A stretch of 62,311 bases of DNA, the filler included, from Basidiobolus ranarum (lineage: Eukaryota), in assembly GCA_040143965.1 (NCBI GenBank). It is 6 parts of 6 records of this genome, joined end to end, with 100 filler letters (N's around TTAATTAATTAA, not from the genome) between each part and the next. Parts side by side here need not be neighbours in the genome. Positions count along the whole stretch, not along the records: positions 10,419 to 20,723 come from JASJQH010007594.1; positions 20,824 to 31,128 come from JASJQH010007595.1; 4 more parts are not named here. One strand, given 5' to 3'. The notes below the pieces were generated by a model. It was not told the DNA's origin. It saw nothing but the letters and a program-made list of their open reading frames with translations, and did no database searches. Position 1 is the first letter of the stretch. Each line of letters opens with the position of its first letter. Below are positions 10,686 to 21,988 of the stretch, piece by piece. The position numbers were made by a program, and so were the translations under genes.

Positions 10686-11970
10686 CTACTCTTCTTTGGT
10701 GCCTTGGATTACTCCGACACGCATGGTAGTAATTAGGTTTTTGGCACCGTTGCTATGGTCATACACGCCACCGTAGAAAGCATCTGTAGCATCCTTACCA
10801 ATTCCTGACCTAATGAGAGCTTGGCCTCCAGGATGATCTTCGATAAAGTCATCCACATCATGGATGATGCCATTCACTAGGATCCAATTATATCCCTCCT
10901 TAGCCTTCTCTTCATATTCTTTCATTGTGTACTGTGGTAACTCTGTCAACGGTTTTCCCCAGTTCAAAGTCTTTTTTATATCACCAATCTTCTTTTCTGC
11001 CATCTGCACTTGGCCTTTGGTGATCTCATTCTTGGGGAAGCATTTTAAATTATACGTCAAGCCAACCATAGCACAGCCACGGATGAACCATTTGGTTGGA
11101 TCGTATTGATAGAACTTGATGGCATTGCGATAGTCCTGGGGGAATTCGTGGTGAAAGTTGTGATATCCCTCTCCAAAGGTTATTAGCGCAGTAATGATGT
11201 GATCCCTTGGAGAATGCTTGTCATCAAAGCTCTGCTCACCAAGATAGTGAGCAAGACTATTGACGCAAAAAGTGGAGTGGTGTAGGAATACAAGGCGAGC
11301 AATTGCTGCGAAGAGTATCCACCACGCCAGTCTCCCCAACCCAACCCGGCCACCAGCGTGGGGAATATGAATCCTGCAGATAAGGCAAAGTACGGGTAAA
11401 AGTTGTGTTGAAATGCGACCACAGGATCTTTGTTTAAATCAGAAGTATCGGCATAGCCTATTTTTCCTGGCTCGGGTTTCATAATCAGCCAACCAATGTG
11501 TGAATAGATTAACCCCTTCTCTGCACTATATGGATCCTAAGTGAATGAAAAAGAACTATTAATCTCACAGTATCTGATGGTTCAACATCATGTTTGTTTA
11601 CCTTCTCGGTGTCTGTGTGTCTGTGATGGGCTCTATGACCTCGACTCCACCACTTTATCGATCCTTGAACAGCACCAGCACCAACGAAAGCGTAAGTTAA
11701 CTGTAGTGGTAGAGTTGCTGAATATGACTTGTGTGACCAAAGACGATGGTACCCACCAGTAATACCAATCCCGGTCATGAAGTAGTATACTATAGACCAA
11801 ATCAATGTTTTGGTAAGAAGAGGAGTAGTGAAGAATCCATACACCGCGATTAGAGGAGTAAGGGTTAGAAGTAAAGTATGAACCCAGTGGATTCTTTTGT
11901 AAAGAGGACGTTTATTCCAAGGAACCTGTGATGGCTCATCAACGTTGCTTCGAGTCTTTGTGCCAGTCAT
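10686..11970 (-). CDS. OLE1: Delta-9 acyl-CoA desaturase with C-terminal cytochrome b5 domain; one intron (11601-11537); apparent 1-nt frameshift at ~11314
   Basis: His boxes HRLWSH, HRAHH, HNFHH; splicing restores TDTEK/DPYSAEKG..YSHIGW; cytochrome b5 HPGG; frame changes within GGY[F]FAAIARL. Confidence 0.93.
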
Positions 11971-14169
11971 CGAAAAGAAGTAATTCGTGATCAAAGTTTA
12001 ATAGTATTTCCCGATGATTCTAACTCCTGTTAGAGAACGTGTGGGGTAAATAGAGATTACAAAAAGCCTACGATGTGTGATAGAATTGAATGGCTGGAAG
12101 TTAGTATTTATACTGCCGTAAACCATTTCTAGCGTCACATCAATATCAAACTTGAGAACCTGCACGAAGATAACTTGAAGCCTATTAGATTAATTCGACT
12201 GGTCGCATGTGTAGTAACATGGCAATTTTAAAGTAAGGATTGTATGTGGCTCAGATAGTCGGACAAGAAAGCAGTCACGGGAATTCCTCTTATCTAACAT
12301 ACTGCTAGGGATGTCATCTCATTACAATAATAATCCAGTTCAAATCAAGCAAATGATTCTGGGGAATGACGATACGATGGACCCACATATATGTTGCCTT
12401 CTTATTTAGTGGACTATGCTGATGAAATGCAAGTGACTGCGTAAGTTCTCAAACCGTTATCGTCTTTCGTAGAGATAGGAATGAGAAATATGAGATAGCG
12501 TGATTGTTGGGTAGCATGCGCACTAACTCCAATAGACGCCGAGCTGGTAATCAAAAGGATGATCGGGATCTTTAGCCTGTATAGCATCATTGAAGGGCTC
12601 AGGGGAATTACCATCCTCTTAAATGCGTTATCAAAGCGATTCGAGTTCCTTTCAACACCAGTGCGTCAACATAGACTTCAACAGGGATGAATGGCATCGA
12701 ATAGCTAGCTCTATCGCGGTCAGATCATGTGACCCAGTGGTGAGCATAATTCGAATGTTTTTTAATCTAGCTATGTATAAAATGCTTGGGGAAGAGGGAA
12801 CCTTATTTTCCCATCATTTCCATCTATCAGATAGTGTCAAATCTACTTACAAACCATTCATATCGAAAAAGGAAATGGTAATGGTAGGTCACTGCTTCTA
12901 GACCTCAGGCACCGTCATGCTAGGGTGTACACCCAACGGGAATAACAAATATACGTTGGAAGCAAATTGGCAATCCCAGCATAACTCAATGCATACCCAA
13001 AATACTGTAACCTACCCAGTTCACTCCAGTATTTGAAATCAGCGTCAGATTACACAAAATCTCAAATAAACGCTCATCCTGTATAATATGGCAATAGGAC
13101 TTCTTTTAAAACCAACTACGTGCAGCATGTTGATTGGCCCAAGTCGAGCGAGGTGTATCAAGAGCATTCTCAATGCTCCTGGCTATGTTACTGTGTGGAG
13201 CAACAAGCCACCTCGTATAGTAGATTGGGTAGGTGTTATTTTATCGAGATAACGGTTCAAGTTGAATTCAGGTAGCATGGGACTGCGATTAGAGTTATGA
13301 TAAACGTTCTCGAAATCCCATTGGCTCCTCTCCACTCCCATCCTGAGTTAGAAGTGATCTGCTTCGACTCTTCAATACTACGTTGATTGGGAGATGGATA
13401 TATGGAGTAATTGTGATTCATGACTGAATGGCAGCATCGGTGGCTAAGTACTCGCCTACAAAAACATCTGTCAAAATGCCCTTCTTGATACACTGATGCG
13501 TTGTGAGGTCACTGAGCCGCATGCAGATGCCATGATGATTCACACCCACCAAACTGATTTCAGCAGCCTGTGTGCTACAGTCATATGGAGCAGCCGATAA
13601 AATTTACACACGCCTAGGGTACCAAGCCACCTTGAATTGGCCCCACAGGAGGCCAGCAGTTATAAATTGAAGATCCAGAAATATTGATAGAGTAGATTAT
13701 GTACGATTTGAGATAATCGGCCTTAATCTTGGGTTTGCAAGGCACTGACGTTCAAAGACTAGCGAATGTAGCGCGGGCTATCGAGGACCCCTGTAGATGA
13801 GGAACTGAAAGGGATATTGGATGCCAGATGGCTGTATTGTGCATGTGTACATATGATGTGAAAATAGCCTTGCCAATGCTAACCAAAGCTACCCTAATAC
13901 ATTGGCGATGGTAGCTTTGTATCGATTAAAGTGCTGCTATAGCAATACGAATACAATTGTTTAACTTTACCAAGCTACGAAAAAATACTAGTGGGCAAAG
14001 CATGACATAGGCATGGTTAGAATCAAAATTTAGTGTTAGAATGAGGAAATTCAACAGGAATATGGTTGAAACTGAGCTTTAAAACAATTAGCTGAATAAA
14101 ATTTGTATATTGAATATATAAACCGACGCTGTGAATGAACTAATATGTAAACAAGAAAAAATAGAATGA

Positions 14170-14874
14170 TCAAGAGTTATCATGAAGGTGAGGCGAATTG
14201 CTGGCTTCCGGGGAAACTTTACCTTTAGAGCATATTAAACTCCTGAGCCACGAAACCTTAGAAGATTGGGAACCATGTTAGAAAAAGATGAAACGCAATC
14301 CCAAGTACATTATCCATACCTCATCTTCCAGAAGATTTAATTTCTCCAAAGCACTAAATTTCTCTAGCTTTGCTTGATTCAGGTCAAATTCAAGTTGGCT
14401 AATTTGCTTTAAGAATGGATTTTCAAATTCCAATTGATGAACCTTCTTTTCCAACTTTGCACATCGATCTAGTATGTCCTTCTCTTTCTGTTTTCGTCGG
14501 TCTCGAAATTTGGCCGAAGCCGTGGCATTTTTCTTTCTTTTCTCTGCTAATATACGGCCAGCAGATGGACCTGTGAATAGGTTGGATTGGCCCATCATAT
14601 CCTCGCCGAATCTCTCTTGGACAGACTCATCCAGTCTTGACTGGTAACAGGACGAGTCAGCTGAGGTTGTTTCTGGGCTTGGATTGTTCAGAGCCAAAAT
14701 ATTACTAATCCGTAAGTCAGAGGAATAGACGTTTGATAAGGTAGTATTATGGGCAGTATTTAAGTACTCCACCCTTGCTTTTGTTGCTGGCAATGATAAT
14801 TCCTCTGAATTATCAAACGCGAACGATGACAAAGGTGGTAAACATCTTGATAGGGAAGTATTTTCTGTGGACAT
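14170..14874 (-). CDS. bZIP transcription factor, 2 exons (intron 14319-14257)
   Basis: Basic region EKRKKNATASAKFRDRRKQKE then leucine heptads; donor GTATGG, branch CTAAC, acceptor AAG; exon 2 VSWLRSLI..HDNS*. Confidence 0.85.
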
Positions 14875-15994
14875 TGTGGGAAGAAACTTCTATTATGACA
14901 TCGACTTTGCACCTTGGGACAGATTCTGGTACGTAGAAATCAGTTGGAAAGCAATTGCGGGGCCATGCGTAAATCTTATATACCATTCTTGACCTGACTT
15001 TTCCTTGGAATGATGCAATATTTGTTTAGAGCCCCTTATAACCATCAATTGGCTTTTCTGTCACTCGACAGTTGTGCTAAATCTTGCCCAAAATCACCTC
15101 ATCACTTTTCATCTCGTGGTGAGCCTTACTTCCCATATATGGTAAGAGTCATCGGTGCCATTCACTTGGATTTCTCTCGTGACCATAGGCATCTCTTTGT
15201 CATGCGAATCATCCGGGTTCTGGGAAAAGAATCAAGGAAATGGGGTTGGACAGCTTGGCCCTAAGCTACACTTAATAGCCACTTGATGCATACACAAAAC
15301 ACCATTTAGTGGAATACACATCACGAAATTTGGCTCGAATTTCTGTCTCAACCAATGGTTGTACTATATCCGTTGAATGACCCATGGATTCCTTGAGGTA
15401 CGGAGGGTGATGTTTGCGCGCCTACTCACGTCTTTTGTTCGACCAATGTCATAATATTCGGTGCCCAAGGGCGATGCATATTGGATACAGGATGCTGAGC
15501 CACTGATAGGATCTACAATCATCATTCTTGCCAGTCCATTGGTTTTGTTTCTGGCTTCTTTCCTCCTGCATTTCCCTTACACAAGTCGAACGTTTCGTAT
15601 TTAACCGCCAGCTTGCTCATTTGGAAGGCATACCATACAAAGAGCACTACAGGGCAGGAGCGGTGTCTATACCATGGAGAACTAGGATAGAAACTAGAAC
15701 TTAGCCCCTAGTTTGTATCATAAAGATGATAACGAACTAATTGGAATTACGTACAAACTAGAGTCTTTAGAGCTCCAAGATAAATACTACCATAATTGTC
15801 GTACTATATATACAATGACTCTGTATAACGACTAGGTATCATCCAGTTCTGATTAACAAAAAATCACTGGATTGATCATGATGAGGCAGCAAGATGCAAG
15901 CAGTGCCGTAGTATAGGGGTAGAGATTGGCAGGTTAAACTAGGAGACTCTCTTGAATGTGAGGGTGTAAGAGTGTGAAAACCCCTATCCTATAA

Positions 15995-16147
15995 AATGGT
16001 GGAGGAGCAGGAGCATACGACACTGGAGCCAGCGGCAATGGAAATGGTGCTGGTGGTAACGGTGGAGGATCTGGTGGAAATGGTGGAGGATCAGGTGGTA
16101 ACGGTGGAGGAGCAGGAGCATACGACACTGTAGCCTCTAGCAAGTGA
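15995..16147 (+). pseudogene. Start-less fragment of a GAGAYD Gly/Asn-rich repeat gene
   Basis: Reads NGGGAGAYDTGASGNGNGAGGNGGGSGGNGGGSGGNGGGAGAYDTVASSK*; in-frame TAA directly upstream (15992-15994); same motif as 30566-31128. Confidence 0.7.
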
Positions 16148-17504
16148 TACATAATTCATTGGCAGGTTGATTTCCTTCGATTCAACCAGAATTGACAAAA
16201 GTTACTATGCTAGTCACCATTCGCTCAAGTTGCTTCCATCACTTACTTATTACGTATTGATACCTAACCGCAACTTTCATTAGATAGTCTATGTATGCTC
16301 TGCACAAAGGTTAGCCCTGACCCGCATACAACCCTGGGCGGATACTGGGATCTCTCTCAGAGTATAATCCTGTCAAGGGCTCAAAACCGCATTACGCTTA
16401 TGGTCAAGCCGATTGACTTTGTATCATGCCAAAGGCCATATACCGAAAATTCTAGCCTTTGACGCCCTCTCTATGCATTTTGTTGAATTCTCACAAAGAG
16501 CCTGATAGAAAGAGATGCCTATCTTGAGGGAATTTGGCCGCCACTTTTGGCACAAATACTCCACCAGGAATCCCAGCTTTTCCGACGAGAATAAATCGAT
16601 GATTTCCCTCAATGCAATTAATGAGACACACAGCCATTAGTAGACATGGTTACATAAACTTGATTGAGCAGACCAATCAAAGCCTAAGACCCATCCCATT
16701 TTTAGATTGGAAGTGCAGCCTCCGCAGTTAGACCACAGCCATCTTGAGGTGACCAATCCACTCATTCAAGCCTTAACATACACAAAGCAGTAACAACTGC
16801 CTGGAATCACTCTTTGAAATACAATCAGCGACTAGATAGTGCTGCTTTACTCACTTCTCCCGCAAGAAAGACCGGTAATTAAAGTGGCTTTGTATGAGAC
16901 GGCAATTCGGTGGATTGTTCTAAAGGAACCCCGAGACATGAATAAATAGTAGTAACGTCATCAGGGTGCGTACACAAATAATCGGCCCTAATTCTTTATG
17001 AAATCCGCATCATTTTTCAACCCAATTTCATGTGGCTTTTGCGTAGTTTCGCACCACCCTTTAAGTGCTGATGGTTGCTAATTCACAATACTGATTAATG
17101 TTTTGATTGAAAGATAAATAAACAATTGAAGCACTACATCACTACTTATAGGCCTATCTATATCACGGGGTTTTCTTATTCGAAGACCATTTATATTAGG
17201 CTATATCCAGTATAATATGGGTGTCACAGCTGCCACCTAAAGTGGTATTCTATTGGATTGAAAATATCCGGAAGTGGTGTAATTCGACTTCGCGTCTATT
17301 GATGGTGAATTCTTGGTTTTGCAAGTATCTTGGAGAGCACATAGCATGAATTTCAACAAACAATTGAGGTTGTTACATTATAGTGGATCCATTTTTTTTC
17401 ATCATTTTTAAAAGCCTTGTCCATCTGTTTTGCTCCGATTAAAATCTCAACTTTTTGGTGCTTTCTCTACACTCAACCGAAGCTACCATTATATCCTTCT
17501 AATA

Positions 17505-19109
17505 ATGGAGTCTAAAGTTCCTGAGCACAGACGTAATGCATACAAGGCTAAAGGGTTGTTCAAAACTGATGAAATCCGTCGTAGACGTGAAGAAGCTCAG
17601 GTTGAGATTCGTAGACAGAAACGTGAAGAAAACCTAGCCAAGAAGAGAAACATGATTGCCCCAGTTGGGGATATTTCCGACAGTGATGAAGACGACAGCT
17701 CTTCTATGGCCATGGCTGCTGAGCTTGAGGAACAATTACCAGCTATGGTTCAAAGTCTTTATTCTGAAAATGTAGATGAACAACTCCAAGCCTGTACCAG
17801 ATTCCGCAAGCTTCTTTCCAAAGAGACAAATCCTCCAATAGAAGAGGTTATCGCTTGCGGTGTTGTTAATAGATTTGTGGAGCTTTTACGTTCTCCTCAC
17901 CCTTTGCTTCAATTCGAATCTGCCTGGGCTCTTACTAACATTGCCTCCGGCTCTTCTAACCAGACGCAGGTGGTGATTGAGAGTGGTGCTGTTCCTATTT
18001 TCATTGAGCTCTTAAGCAGTCCTGTTCCCGACGTTAGAGAGCAAGCAGTATGGGCCTTGGGTAATATTGCTGGTGACTCAGCACGCTTCAGAGATTACGT
18101 ACTTCAAAACGGTGCTTTGTCTCCTCTTTTACAACTCCTCAATGAAAACGCTAAAAATTCTTTAATTCGCAATGCCACATGGACGTTATCCAACTTTTGC
18201 CGTGGCAAGAATCCACAACCAGATTGGCAATATATCGCTCCTGCTCTCCCAACACTAAATAAACTTTTGTACTCTCACGATGATGAGGTTCTTGGTGATA
18301 CCTGTTGGGCTATATCATATTTGTCCGATGGTACAAACGAGAAGATTCAAGCCGTTATTGAATCTGGAGTGTCTCGCCGTCTTATCGAGCTATTAACACA
18401 TCACTCTACCTCTGTACAGACCCCTGCTCTCCGTTCCGTCGGAAATATTGTTACGGGTGATGATCAGCAAACTCAGACTATGATTAACTCTGGTTGTCTC
18501 TCTGCCCTTCTTAATCTACTGTCTAGTCCTAAGGATGGCATCAGAAAGGAGGCTTGTTGGACTATTTCTAACATTACCGCTGGTACTACTGATCAAATTC
18601 AAAGCGTCATTGATGCCAATCTCATCCCTCCCCTTTTACACGTCCTTGCTACTGGTGACTTTAAAACCAAGAAAGAGGCATGCTGGGCTGTATCTAACGC
18701 CACATCCGGGGGCTTGAATAGACCAGAACAAGTTAAATACCTTGTCAATGCTGGATGCATCAAGCCTTTGTGCGATCTTTTAACTTGTATGGATAATAAG
18801 ATCATCCAGGTTGCCTTAGACGGACTAGAAAACATTTTGAAAGTAGGAGAACTTGACAAAGAAACTACTGGGGAAAACCAGCTTGCTCTTTACATCGAAG
18901 AGGCAGGCGGTATGGAGAAGATACACAACCTTCAGATTCACGATAACGTTCAAATCTACCAAAAGGCTTATACCATCATCGACAAATACTTTGGCGAAGA
19001 AGAAGACGAGGATACCGGTCTTGCACCGCAAGTTGATTCCAACACGGGGGCCTTCGCTTTCCAATCTAATGTTTCAATGCCTCAAGGAGGGTTCAATTTT
19101 CAGCAATAA
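17505..19109 (+). CDS. SRP1: Importin alpha (karyopherin alpha), 534 aa, intronless
   Basis: IBB domain ([25 protein letters not shown]), ARM repeats ([27 protein letters not shown]), acidic C-terminus ending GGFNF; likely start [10 protein letters not shown] at 17505. Confidence 0.97.
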   Translation: MESKVPEHRRNAYKAKGLFKTDEIRRRREEAQVEIRRQKREENLAKKRNMIAPVGDISDSDEDDSSSMAMAAELEEQLPAMVQSLYSENVDEQLQACTRFRKLLSKETNPPIEEVIACGVVNRFVELLRSPHPLLQFESAWALTNIASGSSNQTQVVIESGAVPIFIELLSSPVPDVREQAVWALGNIAGDSARFRDYVLQNGALSPLLQLLNENAKNSLIRNATWTLSNFCRGKNPQPDWQYIAPALPTLNKLLYSHDDEVLGDTCWAISYLSDGTNEKIQAVIESGVSRRLIELLTHHSTSVQTPALRSVGNIVTGDDQQTQTMINSGCLSALLNLLSSPKDGIRKEACWTISNITAGTTDQIQSVIDANLIPPLLHVLATGDFKTKKEACWAVSNATSGGLNRPEQVKYLVNAGCIKPLCDLLTCMDNKIIQVALDGLENILKVGELDKETTGENQLALYIEEAGGMEKIHNLQIHDNVQIYQKAYTIIDKYFGEEEDEDTGLAPQVDSNTGAFAFQSNVSMPQGGFNFQQ

Positions 19110-20208
19110 TTTCTAATTGGATACAATATACATGCATATATGCTCTATGACTCTCCTCCTCCATACCAATCACATTTTTCATTCTATTTTGTAAAATTGT
19201 CACAAGTTAACATCCATACCTTTATGAACTATTGTCTTGATCCAGTGCTATATCACCTAACCCTCATTTCACCATACCGCTCTTTATTACTTTTCAGTAA
19301 ACGCATTTCATTCGGAGCCTCTCTTTTCTGGAGTATGATTGGCATTATGTAACCACAGTATCTCAATAACAAGACAAAATTCAAGTAACGGCATATTTCA
19401 TGTTCAATTCAACTAGAAACTTCGTCACAGCCAAGAATATACAGTGGGCGGCGAGAATATAGAACTATGGTGCTAAGGCATGTGGTGAAGATATACATAA
19501 AGCTTTCATTTAATTTAGAGCTCAATAAAAAGGAAGATCTGAGAACTAGTTTTTCACATACCATTTACAATGAATCACCGCACCGATACTGATGAGAAGC
19601 AGTCCGGAATTCCTTGAACTCCTTAAAATGCTTGTACTCTCTCAGGAGAAACTGTGTCAAGAGTGCGAAAGGTTGGTGGGAGTGAAAATCCTAGGTGTGA
19701 ATATACAGAGTTATTAAAATCAGGTAAATTTCTACAAGAATCAGCCATCTGTGTATCCTTTTGTTCTAGACAGAGGCGTGATGTGATAGATCACGCAAAA
19801 ATTCTGATGGAGATTGTAGCGCTCATTGAATGCTCGAATTCGGTGTAGGGAGCAATCACTAATTCAAGTGGGACTAGATTTGCTTGATAAGTATGGACGA
19901 TCATATAACTGAATGCTATTGAGTATGTTACATCAAAGTTTATTAAGGGAATAGATGTCTTCCAGCCTCCATTACTCCTTGTGGAGAAGGAATGACAAGG
20001 TGGTAAAGTATATGACAATTGGTGATTATATGGATGGACTATGTTTGTGTACATGTTGTAATGGAGAGAGTGAACGCCTCTGAGCTCCATCTTCAGGTCT
20101 CAATCTGGCAAAACCATATATATTAAAAATGGGTTTGCGTGTAAATTTAGAACAGAAATTAGATAGGTATGAACAACGGCAAGTAGCCTCCAGGATCTGC
20201 TATGTTGA

Positions 20209-20723
20209 TTAGCTCCGATCCTGAGGGATGCCAGCCCTGACTAGCAAACGATCACGGTTTATAGAGGTGTATCTTGGTAACGAATTGACAATGGATCTGA
20301 CACTATCTATTGTCCTGTAAGTAGGTGCCTCGCCAAGCGGTATTCCATACTCAACTGTACGATATGTAGGAGACGGACCAAACGGTATTTGCGCACCATT
20401 TCCTCTTTCATCAGATTGCTCATTTCTACACTCCAAACGCTGTTGCTCCAACATGGCCATAGCATTTAACGCTTCTGTATTCACAATATAGCGAGACCTA
20501 GGATTATCTGCCCAACACCGATCTAAAAACGGTAAAATATCTTGAATTTTTCTACCTGACTTTATGACGATTAAACGAGTGCTATCAAAATATTCTGGTG
20601 ATCCAGGTATGGGTTCTGTGTAGTCCTGATTTTTGGAAGGACGTATAAGAACCCGACAAGGTGAAAAGGGTAGACTATAAACGTTGGAGATTTCAAACGT
20701 AACATCTCTTAGTGTTTGTTTTT
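20209..20723 (-). CDS. 3' part of an unknown protein, 5'-truncated by the contig end
   Basis: Frame open for ~170 codons from the contig edge (KQTLRDVTFEISNVYSLPF..) to the stop at 20209; internal repeat PFGPSPTYRTVE/PLGEAPTYRTID; LPRY motif. Confidence 0.65.
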
Positions 20724-20823
20724 NNNNNNNNNNNNNNNNNNNNNNNNNNNNNNNNNNNNNNNNNNNNTTAATTAATTAANNNNNNNNNNNNNNNNNNNNN
20801 NNNNNNNNNNNNNNNNNNNNNNN
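20724..20823. other. Artificial contig linker
   Basis: N44-TTAATTAATTAA-N44. Confidence 0.98.
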
Positions 20824-21460
20824 ACCTTCCTTTCTGCTTACCACCTTTGCCCCTTAACACTATATTTACATCCTCTGAGCTTGATTACATTGGTCATCAG
20901 GTTAAGTATGGATATGATCCAGTATTGTCACAATTTTTAAAAGATTGATATCTTGATTGTCACTTTGTTTAGATTAGTATTTAAGCTAAATAAAGTCCAT
21001 ACCATCTGGTGCTTTTCATTGCCCCTAAGTGTGGGATGACATGATTGGTTAGGTTTCATGGGATGTTCTAAAGAACCTGACTTTCATATAAGGTAATCTG
21101 GATGAACTAACAGAAGATTGCCAAGAAAGGATGGCACAGGAGATACAATGTCATAATCTAATAATAGAAGAGTTCTATTTGCAGTGGATCAGTTTTTGAT
21201 CCCCATTATTCCAAGTTTTTATCCTCTGTCCATTTGGTATGTTCTGAATATCTTTCTTTCTGCATTGCACCTTTGCCTCTGAATACTATGTTTACATCCT
21301 CAGAACTTGATTACATTGGCCATCAAGTTATGCATGGATATGATCCAGTATTGTCATAATATCTTAAGAGATTGATATCCTAATTGTCACTTTGTTTTGA
21401 TTAGTATATAAGCCAATTAAAGTTCACACCACTAGGTGCTTTTCATCCCCCTAACCCTAA
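20824..21460. mobile_element. Degenerate TE relic with a ~185-bp diverged direct repeat and a block shared with 31229-31340
   Basis: ~20843-21028 vs ~21268-21454 similar; ~21098-21187 (CTGGATGAACTAACA.AAGATTGCCAAGAAAGGATGGCACAG..CATAATCTAATAATAGAAGAGTTCTATTTGCAGTGG) recurs at ~31250-31339; CpG absent. Confidence 0.7.
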
Positions 21461-21988
21461 ATTCTCCAAGTTACTTCCCACAACTCTCGAGATACTTCTA
21501 CAATTTCCACCTTGTTATTATTGGGTATTAAATTGGCTTCTATACATACATCAAGAAGTAAATAAACCAACATATAGAAGATATTAAGGAAAGACTCCAA
21601 AACCTATATACAAAGTTTGGGATCTCTTGGACAGGTTTGATCCCATTGTATAATATGAGAACTAGAGCAAATACCTTGAGAATGTTTCATAACAAAAGAA
21701 AATTTTTGGTTGCCAGCTAAATATAACTATATTGATGCTTTAGCTATATCAAGTTTCAAGAATATCTTCACATACTTGGCTAGAATAAGCAATAGTGGCT
21801 AAAAATACAAAAAGATGGTACTTTTATTACATGCAAGATGAATAACAATATACCCATGCGAATTATATAAATAAGCTAAAGCCTAAGGAGTATTTTTTAA
21901 AACAGTAGTAGAGATTTATTGGACTAGTGGACAACTGTAATGTTCTAATTGACATACGTAAAAGATGTTTAAAAACAACCATGTTTAT

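Noticed and set aside
15934-16152. Pro-rich 72-aa minus-strand ORF
   Set aside because: Antisense of the Gly-rich frame; the plus frame matches the signal-peptide-bearing family
16615-16630. 16-bp match CAATTAATGAGACACA, also at 28147-28162
   Set aside because: AT-rich and does not extend; compatible with chance
17430-17504. TTG-initiated N-terminal extension of importin alpha
   Set aside because: Artefact of alternative start codons in the ORF track; homology begins at ATG 17505
19588-19620. CTGATGA hammerhead-like core
   Set aside because: No stem II/GAAA or flanking helices
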